Below, piece after piece: positions 24,801 to 38,651 of a stretch of DNA of 64,000 nucleotides; position 1 is the stretch's first letter; each line of letters begins with the position of its first letter. The DNA comes from Saccostrea cucullata (Eukaryota). The stretch is taken from NCBI RefSeq assembly GCF_032062105.1, contig NW_026934971.1, positions 434,001-498,000 of the forward strand, written 5' to 3'. The translations under genes and the position numbers were made by a program. The notes below the pieces were generated by a model, which was not told the origin of the DNA, did no database searches, and saw only the letters and a list, made by a program, of their open reading frames with translations.

Positions 24801-27800
24801 TCCAAAACTGTAACTTTGGAAGTTTATCAAGGTAAACGAACAGTTTTGAAATTAACAATTTTTGATCAATTACTTGGAATATTTCACAGAAAGGTTAAAA
24901 TATCTTTTTAAAAAACATGAGGAAATGTAATACAAGATCTTCTTTGCTAATAGGTGAATGCAGCAACAATTTGGTGACGGGGCCAGATGGCATTGCTGAC
25001 AATCACATGACCGCATCCTCCTACTACGAGGATTCTGTGTATGTGGACAGCCCTGACCGAGCGAGATTAAATCTCGAGGACGAGAGAGTGCAACGAGAGA
25101 ACGGGAACTTTGTTATTTTGGGTGGAGGGTGGATGGCAGACGGACAAAGCAAAAGTCAATGGATACAAGTGAGATTGAGCATATCCACGTACTAAACATT
25201 TATAGTTCCCAATATCCTGTATTGTTTTGTATCACATTTAAAGGGATATACCAGACTTAAATATATCTTTAATCAAATAATTGTTGACAACTAAGGTTTA
25301 AAAAAAATGTTTGTTTCAATCAAGTCGAAAATACATGACCCAAACTTTTTTTTTTAGCCATTTTGTATTATTATTTTTTCCCCCAATTTTTCAGGATATT
25401 GAAACTGTTTCATTTTCATTTTTTTGTCTTTATCAATCAGTAGTTTATACCAAGAGTGGAGCTTATTCATGTATAGTAGGCCTATGAAAAAAATCTATTT
25501 TATGTTATCTAACAAAAATCTGAGAACTTTTTTTTTCAAAAAAAAAAAAAGAAAAAAAGAATGTCTACCTACCTACCTAGTCTAAAATTATAGGTCAGCA
25601 ACTGCAAACAAAGAATTTTTTAAGCTTGACCTAAAATGATTTCAATCAAGTCGTATGTACTCTTTCAGGTTGAATTTAAAGCACAAAGTGTCGTTCGTTC
25701 AATTTTGACTCAAGGTCGATTTGAAGAAAGGTGTTGTAACAAGTCAGACTGGATCACAGAGTTCAAAGTTCATTTTAGCCAAGATGGAATCGTCTGGCAC
25801 AAATATAAAGACCAATCTGGAAATGACTTGGTAAGTCAAAGAAAAATTGAGTAATCATTTGAAAACAATTTTAATGGGACTTTTTTTTATTGTTCAAGAA
25901 TAATTTTTAAAATATAGTTATGACAGTAATGTATGAAAGAAAGACTTGACCTTTCATGTTCAATTTTCAGCATAATTCCCAGATACGTAGGTCCAAACAA
26001 AATAATCTGGTAACGGCATTTTACTATTTGTCATAACATGCTATAGGCTAAGCTTGTGGGAAGGTAATAATAAACCTAATATGTAAATTATAAACTGAAT
26101 AATGAATACATGTATATATTTATTTATTTATCCTTAAGTTACCCATTTTATCTTTAATATTTCAGCATTATCTATAGAATAGGTTGTGGTGGAATTACAG
26201 TTAAAATTTACATAGATTTCTTTATTTCTTTTCTTAGATAGATTTCTTTTGTATTATAAGTGGAAAAATATACAATGTATTACAAATAAAATTACTTGTA
26301 TATCTTTGTAAAATTTTGAATCGTTGATTAAATTGAATATGATCAAAATTATTCTCTAAAATCACATTTTTAAGTGGAAAGAATTTTATGATTCTGCGAA
26401 CTTAAGAATCTTCCTAATATTTGAAACATCATACGTATTTAATTACATGTATACGCATTTTAATTTCCATCTATCTCACTAACCTTTATATGAAGAAATG
26501 GAAATTATTTCTTGACTTTGGATCTCGGGATGCTATTAAAATTACCTAACTGCAAATTAAAAGATGAGCTTGAAATCGGTAGACAGGTTCAAGTAGCTAT
26601 TAAATCTGATTCCATACCAAACACCTGCTGGCTTAGACGAACTTGTTCCTAGTAGATATATGTATCAAAGATTAATGTTTTACTTCTGCATTGCGTTAAG
26701 AATTTTAAATATAGATGCACAGATAAGATCAAAAGTCAAATCATTTATAATTTTTGCTGACACAGATTTTAAGGTTGTGTAACAGTTCCTTTAATTTTTC
26801 TCTTTCTCTTCATGTATAGCTATTTTGTAATATTTCTTGATTTTTCAGCAAGAAGTTTAAACATAATGCAAGGCACAAATAAAGAAAAAATATGTGCTAG
26901 TTTACATATATAGTGTATAATTTAACAGTTACATCAACTTTAACACACACGATCATTTGTAAAATATGATCAGCTAGTATTTGATGTTTAATACAGATAT
27001 AAATTTGATCATACACGCTGATTTTTATACTAGAATATATTGGTTAAGCTGTAAGCACACTAAAATATACAATGTACTTATTATTTTAAGAAAAATTTCA
27101 TGTTTTTTCTCCCACTGTTAGTAAATTCCTTTATGATTTTTTTTTACAGTATTTTCGCGCTAACAGTGATGCCGATTCGTTTGTGGAGAATGACCTCCCC
27201 TCCCCCATGATAACCAAGTTTATCAGGATATACCCTACAGCCTGGCACGGCAAGATCGCACTAAGACTGGAGATCAAAGGCTGCCTCATTCCACAGAGTT
27301 TGTATCATGCTTCAAGTTTTAAAACAAAGTTGCACTATTGTCACTTCTGAAGAAACTTTCTTCAATGAATTGCTAAAAATAATATTTGCAGTCATAAGGA
27401 ATATATGTATTTAGAATTTTTAAAAATAAAGAGTTATGGTTTTTTGACAAGTTTATAAATTTTAAGTCAGTTGAAATGACCATATATGTTACAGATTTAC
27501 GAATTAAGAACCCGGTACAGAGGATAATCAATTTACCAGTCCCGAAGGCATTGGAAATCTCCTGTGAGTACACTGGTCCTAGGAAAGACGAGTTATTCTG
27601 GTCAAAGAACTTCGTTCGTATGGGAACTGAAAGTGGCTTCAGAAGAACGTCACTAGAGCAGTTGTCTGGCGGAAGAGTCACCATTACAGATACAATCGTA
27701 AAACAGACGACCGATTACTTAGATTCAGGAAATTACACGTGTTTTGTTCCGAACAGCACATTTAGCGAAACTGTGACTGTCCACGCAAGTGAGTGCAATG

Positions 27801-30075
27801 CTGTGAATAAAATGTAAGATGTGTTTTGATAATCAATCTTTCACTAGATGTCGTTATTATACCAATAAAAAAAATTCTTGTAACTTTTTATTTACCAGTG
27901 AAACTTGACAAGAGTCCAAAAATAGAGAGATACTGGGTGTCATCCCAGAATGCTGTTCAACTCTCGTGTGAGTATCGCTCTATCAACCAGCGAGATTTCA
28001 CATGGGAATATTCTGGTGTGAACATTCACAACCGCCAATTCCAAATCAGTAGAGATATTAAAAGGTCTGACGGTGCTATATTTGTGACGTCGTCTATACA
28101 TAAATCATACGCTGAGGCCACAGACAGCGGTAACTACACGTGCCGTATTGGAGAAATGTCTCGGTCCTGGGAAGTGAATGTACTCACGGGTAGGGTTTAA
28201 ATTCTTTTTGCATCTTAAATTGCACAAAATCATGCAATTTATTTTTTTTATATATATAATTCCAATTTAATAGAACATTTCAGAGTAAAAACCCTTTCAA
28301 TTTGAAAGAACATTTCAGAACAATAACCCAAACGAGATTCTTTAAATTTTTTCACAAAAACTTCGACAAAGATTGAAAGATTACAACTCATTTTGTATTT
28401 TATTTTCTTTTAAAGTGAATGGTAATGGTTCCTGGCAGGCAATAACACCAAACAAAACAATGTATCTGGAATGTGATGTAAAAGGTTTGCCAAACGATGC
28501 TCCTTTTCAAATGTTCTGGACAAAGGAAGGGGTACCACTAAAAGAAGTGGACTCCAACGGAAGAATGAACTATTTCCCAAATTCAAGAACTCTTCAAATT
28601 ATTCGAACTCGTACGTATGATATTTTGAAAAATCGGGTGATGTCAACTTCGATGTAATTTTAAGTTTCCAAAGAAATCAGTAATGATTAATTATCATTGA
28701 AATCCGCATTTCATTTAGAGCCCTCAGACGCAGGAAAATATGAATGTAACATACTACTAGAAGTGGGGACCCCTGCTCAGCAACAGGTTTCCATCACAAA
28801 GGAAATATATGGTAATTGAAATACACCAACATGCTTTAATTGATGTTTGATTTCTTAATTTAAAATTAGACAAAAGTCACTTAAAGTCTTTACTTTCAGC
28901 CCCACCCAGAACTATGATCGATGGCATGAAAACTATAAACGTTGGAGATTCCCTCCACATGTATTGTAAAACTTCTGGATACCCACCGCCATCTATCGTT
29001 TGGAAGAAGAACCAGAAGAGTCTATCGGAATTAGCTTCTCGGGTCACTTTCTTGCCGTATGGGGGTTTGGAAAACGGGCACCTTGTTGTGTTTGACGTCT
29101 CAGGCAGTGAAGCCGGGGAATACACATGTGAGGCCAAGTCTGACTACTTTAAATCGGCAGAGTCACGCCTTCAAGTGGAAGTAAAGGGTAAAGATATACA
29201 TGTATATGAATTGCTAAGTAAATATATTAATGTCATTTAGAGCTTCATTTATCCTGTTCTCAAAGAGGGAGTGAATCTATTTTAACATCATGTAAGTACT
29301 CCAAAAATGCCATATTTGTGTATGTTTCCGTGTATATTTCAGAGGTATCATTAGCTACTAGTCCTCCACTGTTAATTGCTATCATCGTTGGTAGTGTTGT
29401 GGTCTGTTTTGCAATCATCTGTTGTGGAGTGTACGTCAAATGTAATCGAAGGGCCAAGAAAAAGAACTATGCATGTAAGCCTCAACGTGTCTATATTTAT
29501 ATATAATAGGTGTCACTTTTCCCCTGATTTGGTATAACATTTGTCCTGTGAAATAGCTGGGTCTGGGGGACTGTTGTGTCAACACAGAAGTGTTTTTATT
29601 CTTTCAAATGTTGATGGATATCTAAATATATTTTTCAGATGATACAGATAGTCTTGAAAGACTCCGCCAATCAAGACCACGCTTGTAAGTTCACCTTAGA
29701 ATACATGTATATTCTTTGTCAATATTGAACCTTTACGAAGTTAAAAATGTTTTAAATGTTAATATATAAAAACAACATCGTTATCATTCATATTGCAGAC
29801 CAAGAAACAACACTTTTGAAGAAGATCAGCCGAAACTTATGAAGCTGATTGCAGACGAGAATCATTTCTACTCCAAAAGACCCCCAATGTCCTCCCCTCC
29901 ATTGTCTGTGGCATCACAAAGAAGTGTGGGGACCTTTGAATCAGTGTCTTATGAACGGGAACCTTTTCGTCCCAAACTGGCCACCCCTGACCCAACCTTG
30001 ACCGACGATGAGGAGGGGTACAATACAGGGTCAACACGAGAAAAGGTGCGATTCTCCTTTGAAGACATTAAATGA
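21897..30075 (+). CDS. Type I membrane protein: signal peptide, 2 Ig, F5/8 type C (discoidin), 4 Ig, TM, Tyr-containing cytoplasmic tail
   Basis: Exons 21897-21942 (MLSRILLLLVFHYVT, signal peptide; least certain), 23965-24261, 24541-24831, 24954-25168, 25669-25830, 27150-27297, 27495-27788, 27899-28189, 28416-28610, 28719-28811, 28900-29187, 29343-29474 (TM), 29639-29684 and 29799-30075. Six D/ExGxYxC Ig motifs are present. F5/8C motifs include MTASS, QWIQVEF, ILTQGR, WITEFKVHFSQDG and KFIRIYPTAWHGKIALRLEIKGC. Confidence 0.88.
23394..23930. mobile_element. HINE end fragment plus reverse-oriented Helitron-N-like repeat in intron 1 of the Ig gene
   Basis: TTTAGCTCACCTTAGCTGAA resembles the HINE 5' end. 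It is followed by CAAGGTCA/CAAGGTTA subrepeats and an ACAGACAGA..GGACAGA microsatellite near 23860. Confidence 0.45.
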
Positions 30076-30297
30076 TGTTTATTGACAATTTTGATCAAAA
30101 GTGCAATGTGAACAGAGTATGAGCAACATTCCATTTTTTATACATGTATTTGTACACATACGCATACTATTGTTATTAATATGGTTCATAGCTTTTGTGT
30201 TTTCTCCTTATATGTTAAAAATCTGAGAAGTGAACATGTTTTGTGTCAAATACCAAACTGAAATTTATTCACATCAAACGCATAGATTACAATCTCT

Positions 30298-30810
30298 TTT
30301 GTAATGGCAATGCAAATCAATCAAAGAAAAAATATATCATGTTTACATGTCCTCATACAAAGCATATCAGTTTTATATCTGTATTATTCCAAATATTTAC
30401 AATAAAAATGTACAAAATATAATACATTACTTATTACAGCAAAACTGTTTACTTGACAATATCTAACTTTAAAATAACAAATATTATCATTCAAGCTTGA
30501 TTTTTCGTTCATAATACATCAACACACATAGTATTAAAAATATGTTTTTTATATAGATATATAAGATAAAAGTTATATTTCTTTTTCTTCTAGAAAAGTT
30601 CCAAATAATATATGCTAAATACATCATCGGTATATAAACACAAAGAAGATAACAATTTGACAAGAAGAAGACAATCCATTTTGTAATGGCAATGCAAATA
30701 CCAAAAAATATATCAATAAAAATACATATCATAAGTTTTATATCTGTATTATTCAAATTGTTACATAAAAATGTACAAAATATAATATATGTACATTACT
30801 TATGCAAAAC
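30298..30810 (+). repeat. Imperfect direct duplication (~140 bp) between convergent genes
   Basis: TTTGTAATGGCAATGCAAAT...GTTTTATATCTGTATTATTC...AAAAATGTACAAAATATAATA..CATTACTTAT at ~30298 and ~30680. Confidence 0.75.
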
Positions 30811-31303
30811 TACACATGTCAATTTAAATAATAAATGAAAATTCAAAATTAAACAAACATGAACACACAAAAAAAAAGTTTATATAATATTTATAACAAA
30901 AATGAATGTTTGATCTCTAGAAAAGTTTCAAACCCTTACATAAATAAATCATTCTATTCAAAGATGTAAAAATTTACATGTAATATTTTAAAACGAATTG
31001 CAAAAATGAAAGGTTATAACTTTTTCTTGTCCTCTCTTGCATATTCCAGAATTGTCTTTGAAAAACGGAATTGAATTAAACAAACCTTGAAAAATTTTTT
31101 TTTTAAAGGTCATCGAAGATCAACATACGTCACAACTGGTACATAAATAGTCCTATAACCAGAAACAATAAAAAAAACATAATTTATAAACACGATTGCA
31201 ATTTTAGAATGAAAAAGAATTTGTACATACATATAATTAAAATTGTACAGAGATCATCTGTCAGACGAAGGTTGAAATAGACATTCAATTGGTTTTTAAC
31301 ATC

Positions 31304-34300
31304 TCAACATAGATGTAATTCTGGTGCAATTCCTAAATATACTTACGTGTAAGAAATTTGATTCATCAGCTTTAACTGCTAAAACTTATGAGATGATACA
31401 TCTTCAATGGTCTGATCATATAGTATTATTTACCTTGATCTGTAGTAAGTGTTGACCCCCCACGAAACTTTCTCTTTGACTTGTTCTCGTTGTTGCCTTT
31501 TATTCCATGTTATGATACTGTTGAATGCAAAAAAAGAAACTCAGATTTGCAAATACGTTTATTGTGTACATAAAATACAACATATATTAAAAGATTTTTG
31601 AAGCAAAATGTACTTACACTCGGCATTGACCAACGATTGTATCGAAAACGACAGCATTCCCTTGGTATCTCATCTTGTATGACGGACACGTGTTTTTTCG
31701 ACCTACTGTACTTGTATTGATCGCTGCAATAAAAAAAGAATTTTCAATTTATCATTGACAAAATATAAAGAAAAGTATACTAACTTCTTTATTGTATATT
31801 GGATTAACAGAAAATATTGTGGTCACTGTTTCAAACCTGTCCATGTTCCTTCCATTTCTAAAGCAATCTCCCTGGCATTTTCTCGCACTGCGTCCTTCCA
31901 AGAGCCACTAAATATATTGTCCCCTGCCGCCCCGACCCCCTGAGGACCCCTTCCACCTCTTCCTCCAGACTGACCATCTGTTGTTGTGGCGTAATCATTT
32001 TCATATTCATACTCTCCCTCCTCTTGAGTTGTTGATTGCTGTGTTGGTTGTTGGGTTTGTTGTGAAGACATTGTTTGTTCCTCTTCAGCCTCGTTTTCAT
32101 TTTCAACGGACGTTGTATTGGAACTTGAGGTTGTACCACTTTGTTGTGTCGTTTGTTCTTCTGTTTCTTGTTCCAACTCATTTTCGCTGTTTGTAGTTGA
32201 AGGATTAGAGGTGGTTTTCACTGCTTGTCGAAGTGCATTTCTAGCTGTTGGTAATTGCCCTTCCTGTTCTAGTTTATTTTCGCCGTTTGTGGTAGTTGGA
32301 TTTGGAGAACCTGTGACAATCGGCTGTGGAGGAGAATTAGGTTTCTGTCGCCCTAAGCTAGGCATATTCTGTCTGGCTAAACTGTTGGCACTTTTTCTGT
32401 TTGGCAATGTAGATTTCTTAATGATTGCTCCAGAAGAAATGACCATTCTCCGATCGGTTTGAGTATTTCTATGTTGTCCATTTACTTGTTTGATTGGTTT
32501 CCAAATTCCTGATTTTGAAGGAGGGTATCGCCCTGTGGGATTATTTCTACCAGACAAAATTATATTTCCCTGACAGCTTTTTTATATCCACTTGTGAACA
32601 GACATTTTCAATGGTTTTTGTTTCTGTGGATATTGAATCTTTTGTTTGTGAAGTTGTTTGGACAGCAGGGAAACATTAGGGATTTTTGTTATCTTTTCTA
32701 CCTTAACTGCTGTACTTTGATATTCTTGGGCAATGTGGTTATCTTTATTTTGAAAATCTGTTAAGTTTCCATTTAACCGGGATTTCATTTCCGAAATTAT
32801 ATTTCTACCTCCTCCTCTTTTTGCTCCATTTAATTGTTCTCGTGTATTATTAACTTTTTGAACTCTCCATTCCATGTTATGAGACTGTTTGTTATTGGGC
32901 AGTGTGGATTTCTTTAAATTCGGAGATTATCTTCTCAGCTGAATTTATTCTAAAGTTATCTGGATTATATGACTTATGGTGCAAATTAGATCTTGTTGGA
33001 ATCCTCGATTGTTTCTCTATCATATTTGATTGCATGCTGGAAAAACCATGATCTCTTGTGGGTTTATCGTACCTTTTTCTACCAAAATAACTTTTTGTTT
33101 CTATTTGAGACAATTTTCTCATTTCATTTTGTTTATTTCCCCCTTTAAGTGCCTGTTTCATCGGTATTGCATTTGAATAAGGAATTAATTGTATATTTTG
33201 TGCCTGAATCATTTTACTCTGTGCTCTTCTACTATGACTTAACCCTGCAGAATTAGGAGCAACCATCTTTGAATCTGGTTTCTGCTCAGTCTCTAGCAAG
33301 GTTAGTTGTAATTTCTTAGCAGGTGGTGGAGGACGATTTATATTAGCTAATCTTCCATCAATGGATGCTGAAGAAAGCGAAAGTCTGTTTTCGTCATTAC
33401 TAGAATTAGAATAGCTGAACACACTATTTGTAGGTACTTCAATCTGATCCAAGACAATGGGTGGTTCTGGTGGACTCTTCTGGTGACTGTTTGTCATTTC
33501 TCTTTGACCAAGTTCCTTGGTTAACCGTGTAGGGATTTCTGGCAGTTTTATGTGAACATTACCCTGGCTTGGAATATCAGGATATATATCTACTTCAGTG
33601 TCGGTCTTGGTGGATGATTGTTTTTTAACTCTTGAAGGAAAACCTTCTGATATTATATTGGGTGGTTTTGGCGGTTGTGACTGGCCTTTTCCTGGAAATT
33701 TAGAAACTGAATTTACACCTGTTTTAAATTTATTATCAGGAACATTGGGATAAGGCAAGTTTAGAGGTTTTGGAGGGTTGGTAATATTCTTTGCGCTCAA
33801 TGTCTTTGTGAAGCTTGGTTTAACCTGCTGCCTGCTCTCTATGTTAGATGTTAACTGGGATAAATTCATATCCATTTTATTTGTTTTGGCTTGTGAGTTT
33901 TTGTATTTGTAAGACATTCTGTCATTGATACTTCCGTCCCAAGATGATTTCGAAATATCTGATGGAATGGCCGTTACTGAAGTTGGCATGTGTGACAGAG
34001 TAGATATTGGTCTCTTCTTGAGAGAGTTGTCTTTCTCCGTATTAGGAGCATTTTCTTTGAATGAAACAGTCCCAGCAGGTTTCGAAAGTGAAGGTGTAAT
34101 TTTCCGACCTTTTGACCCAGAAGGATAAATCTCTGGAGAAATGATGGGTTTCGATATGACAGCATGTTTTTCAAGTCTATTGAGTTGAACATTTTTCCCC
34201 TGTGATGCTGTCTGGGAAAGGCTAAATAAAGAATCTATTTTTTTCGGTGCAACTTTTCCTCTGTACATAGGAGAATTTGATGCATTCTTACTTGGGTCTC

Positions 34301-37300
34301 TTGAAGGCTGTTGATTAGAGATTTTAGCGGTTGATTTATCAGGCAAAAAAGCATCAACCCATGTTTTCTCAATTTTACTCGAAAAGTTTGGTTTCCAAGT
34401 TGTAGATTTCCGGACAGTAGAAGGGAACAAGGCGTTTATTTTCTTTCCATTTTTGCCATTAACAATATTATCACCCGGCTTTGTTTGGACCTTTTTGTTT
34501 TCTTTATTATTCAAATTATTACCAATCCTCTGGGAGTCCAATGTCTTTCCCATCTGGTGAACTCTTGAAAGATTATTGGCAGTGATCGATTTCCTGTTGC
34601 TGTATTGTTGAACATTTTTATTAACATTTAGGTTATTAGTTTCGACCACATTAGAACCCGGTAGCTTTCCCACTGTATTACTTCTAATTCGTGATTCTTT
34701 ATTCCCAGTGATCAGATTATTGTTAACCTGTTGATGATCAGAATTAGTGTTTGTATGAAACGTACCTCTGTTTGATAGGATGTTTTTGGATGTCTCCATG
34801 TTTATCGGTGCTTGTTCATGGGTTGTTTTTCCTGTTACACTGGCTAAACCTTGCTGCTGTTCATTAGACTTAAATGGCTTAAGAATATTTGGTTTAGGAT
34901 TTATGATGTCATAGGATTTCCACGCTTGAGGGTGATCAACGTGCAAGTTAAACGATTTATCATTTTTGGCTGGATCAGAAACCGTCGGCAGCTTGTATTT
35001 GTTCTTTAGAAATCTCTTTTCTGCCTCTATGGGAATAGAAACTGTTTGCTTGTTTTGAGAAGTTCCATAAGAGGACTTTTGCTTCAGACTTAAATTACCC
35101 GAAGGTTTTCCTTTCTTTGTCTGAAGATCAGTCCTTGCTTGTAGAGCTGGTTCTTTTACGACTGTTGAGATTGAATCTAAGTTGCTTTCTTTCATTTTGA
35201 TTCCACCACTCTTATGGAAGTTTTCTCCCTCTGTCTTGTTCGCGGTTGCCGATAAAATGCTTTGAGGAGACTTTTCCAATTCTTGCATCGTTACGTCGTT
35301 TGATTTAAGTGGTGATGCCTGTGTATTCAAACCACGTCCCACACCCGCTTTTGGTTTATCACTTCCAGCTGGTTGGCTTCCAACAGAAGATTCAGGAGAG
35401 AAGTTGTTGTTGTTGTTGTTGAAGTTGTCAGTACTTTGTCCTTCGGGAAAACTAGGAAAATTGTACACGTCTTGATCAAGCCCAAAAAGATCCATAAAGC
35501 CAAAGTAATCTTGCTCGTACTCCGATTCTTGTGTTGTCATGTCAGCCGTAGTGGTTGTCGGTATTGTTGATTTATCTTCTGCCTCAGGAGCATCAGTAGT
35601 CTCGTTCTCATGTTCGACTTCCTGTTTATTGGTAGCTGGTGTTTGAACATTTATCTTTTGACTAGACTTTATACTCATTTTGTTAGTATTTGATTTAATT
35701 CCTTGTATGTTGGACTTTGATGACTGTTTAGCAGATGGTGTATTTTCATGATCGGGTGATGCTTTTGAGGGACTTTGATGACTAGAGGAAGGATTCACTA
35801 TTTCCTCCAAAAAACTTGTTTGTTCTTTTTGAAGTGATTTTGATGGATATTTCTCACCTGTAGCGTTTTCATTCTGTGCCCATTGTTTCGAATCCATTCC
35901 AACACTTTTCAATGCCTTTTTGCCATATTTTTTACGAATGTGGTCGTTGTACTTTTTTCTAAGTTTTTGTATTTGTCTTTGCCTCTGTTGACTTTTTCGA
36001 AAATTTTTAATCCTTCCCTGACTATTCTGGTAGTTTTTGTTCCTCCTGCCATACTTTCTTAACCTTTTACCTTTCCCCGGTCTCTTTGAGCCTCGTCTAC
36101 CTGAACGGTGATTTGCACGTCTACGCTTTTGTTGGTCAACAATGGAGGATACAATGGCGACAGAATCTTCCTCTGAAGAGGAACTATCACTGTCGTCAAA
36201 CAGATTGGTCTCAGTCTTGGAGCCGGGAATATATGATGAGGACTTCACCACGCCAGCCTCGACCGTAGATGACTTGAGGTCCTCAAGGTTTCCCCAAAAC
36301 CAACCAAAGCTTAATCCCCACTGACAGTGCACCGCTTCCCAACCTACAGGAAATATATAACTTCGTAGAAATATCATAAGTTCATTTACAAAATGTTCAA
36401 ATATTTAAAAAGGCCTTTTTCTGAATAAAAATGCGAACTCTTCTTTTTTGAAAAAAACAACCATGCAGATTATTAAGGTTACAACTATTTTCTGCAAAAA
36501 AAGAACAAGAAATAGACGTTTTCAAAGGTAGTAAAAATAAATCATGTTTTCCAAATCTCCACCATTAATATTGTGCATGTAAATGCAGATTTGGTTAATT
36601 GTTGATATTTCAAATCTGTAATGCTTTGATTTTCTTCATGTAAATGTTTTTTCCTGGAATGTCCGTCATTCTTTAATTAGTATATTGTCTATGACCTATC
36701 CCAGCAAAGCTGTTATGTTTATATTTAGAATAAACCAGGAACATAGAAAATAAACCTTGTTTCGCCTTAATTACAATCTTGTGTCGTTGTTGTTTCTTCC
36801 TACGACGATTTTCCTGTACAGGAAAATTATATATTTCTCTCCTTCGGTCGTAGAAAACAATGCTTTAAATCAGCCATGCGTGACAAGGGTCTAAGTAACA
36901 TATAGTGCAAGTGGACACTCGTCCGTGTCGCTACAACCCTAAACCGAGACGAAACATGCGCAAATATTGACACTCTGAGTGGTCATTTTTACCCGTATCT
37001 GTGATCATTTTTCCTGTAACCTGTATGATTTATATTGAGACGAAAACACATTTTTAGAAGAGGTAAAAATTTTTAACCACATGTGAATAAAAAAAACTTT
37101 ACTATAAATATAATAATCTTCAGTTAATAGTTATGATAAAAAAAGGTTATTATGGTACGTTGATATAAATGAATATCAATCTATGTGAAACATTGATATT
37201 GTCTTAAGTTTAATACATGTACTGAGTAGTTGCGCCATGGTTGATCGGATTCGCCTTATTCCACAACTTCCATAGCAAAATAGAGTTGCAAGAACTAGGA

Positions 37301-37737
37301 ACATTTGTAAACTGTTATAAATATCTCTGGAACAACAAAATAGGTAAAAAAAATACTTTCGTTTTTACAATCGCTTCTTTGATAAAAAGTCCAAGAAATA
37401 AGAAAGTACACATTCCACACCTGTGAAATAATTACCTGGTGTCAGAGTGTTTTTGATAGAAAAAAAAAAAATAAAAATTACAATGAACATAGAATTTGAT
37501 AGTTTTTTTTAAATGAATGAAAAAATAAATATATTATTTAATTTACTCTGCAATAATTACAATGGAAGCAGTTTAATACGCAATTTTAAAAGAACAGACT
37601 AACAAAATCATATATCCTTTCATTCCTTATTAAAATAAATAAATAGAACTCTAGAACTTTAGTCTTAAATGTTTTGAAAATGGTCAGTACTTACACAAAC
37701 CAAAAAGTAAAATCCAAAGAAAATATTTTGGAGCCAT
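31304..37737 (-). CDS. Large secreted low-complexity (S/K/N/P/T/Q-rich) protein with a short Cys-containing C-terminal region; reading frame disrupted in this sequence
   Basis: Exon 37737-37695 (MAPKYFLWILLFGL) splices in frame to a giant exon starting at 36343 (CWEAVHC/QWGLSFGWFW), completing a signal peptide. The frame is open to a stop at 32892. Similar coding-like sequence continues (ORFs 32875-32582 and 32557 to a donor at 31837), followed by GT-AG exons 31723-31618, 31517-31434 and 31332-31304. Confidence 0.7.
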
Positions 37738-38651
37738 CGCATTCAAAGAAAATGGAACTTTTTAATAATGAACAGTTATTCCAGAAGACAACCATTAACC
37801 CTCAGAGACTCAATTGACCACTCTGACGAACATCAAATTATCCACTCTAGCGTACATCTTAGAACAGGTATGAAATCCCGTTCTGACAAAATTAACACGC
37901 ATAGCCAGGGTCTCCAAAGAATAGCTAGCATTGTCTTACAGTTCGAAATGACGGTCAGATTTTACAGGTGTTTACCATTAAGACTTTTTTTGGTTTTCTA
38001 AAATAATGACATTTTTAGAATCCATTGAATTCAAAGTACATAGTACCGGTATACTCAATAATATTATAAGTATTTATATCGTATTCTTACATGTTTTTAA
38101 AGACAATTCTACATGTATTATATCTTAGAAAATGAATGAAAAAAAGAAAAGGTGAGAATTTGGAAAATATATTTTTCTAAATCATTTGCGTGGAGAGAGA
38201 GAGAGAGAGAGAGTTTTCATTCTTGTTCTTCTATGAAACACACTTGATGAAATTTTTTATATTACAAAAATAACAAAACTGTTTTTCTTTCAATATATCA
38301 TTTTATCATTCAAGTATAAATAATAAGAAATATAATTCAATACACCAAAAAACAATAATAACAAACAAAACACGATCTGACCCTTATCAATTTGACAAAA
38401 TAGATTTTGTTTAATATGATGAAGTGAAAAATAAACATACGATCATAGTCTAGTATACGGAATTTTTTTTTAAATACATGCACCACTATTATAAATATAA
38501 AATTTAGGGATTGATATTCAGGTCATTTATATAATATATTTTAGATCTAAATAATTGCGAAGAGGAGAGATTTTCAGTGAGGAAAACGTGTGAATAATGC
38601 ATCTCCGCATTTGAAAATTCATTTCATCTTTGCCTGGGCACAATAAAAGTC

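Noticed and set aside
32569-32900. Small intron rescuing the frame of the giant exon
   Set aside because: The only in-frame AG noticed lacks a polypyrimidine tract, and the skipped sequence looks coding.
31858-36324. Several overlapping or antisense ORFs within the giant exon
   Set aside because: They are shadows of the low-complexity coding strand.
36560-37020. Possible extra coding exon between the signal-peptide exon and the giant exon
   Set aside because: The candidate acceptors tested give immediate or early stops, whereas direct splicing from 37695 to 36343 is in frame and completes the signal peptide.
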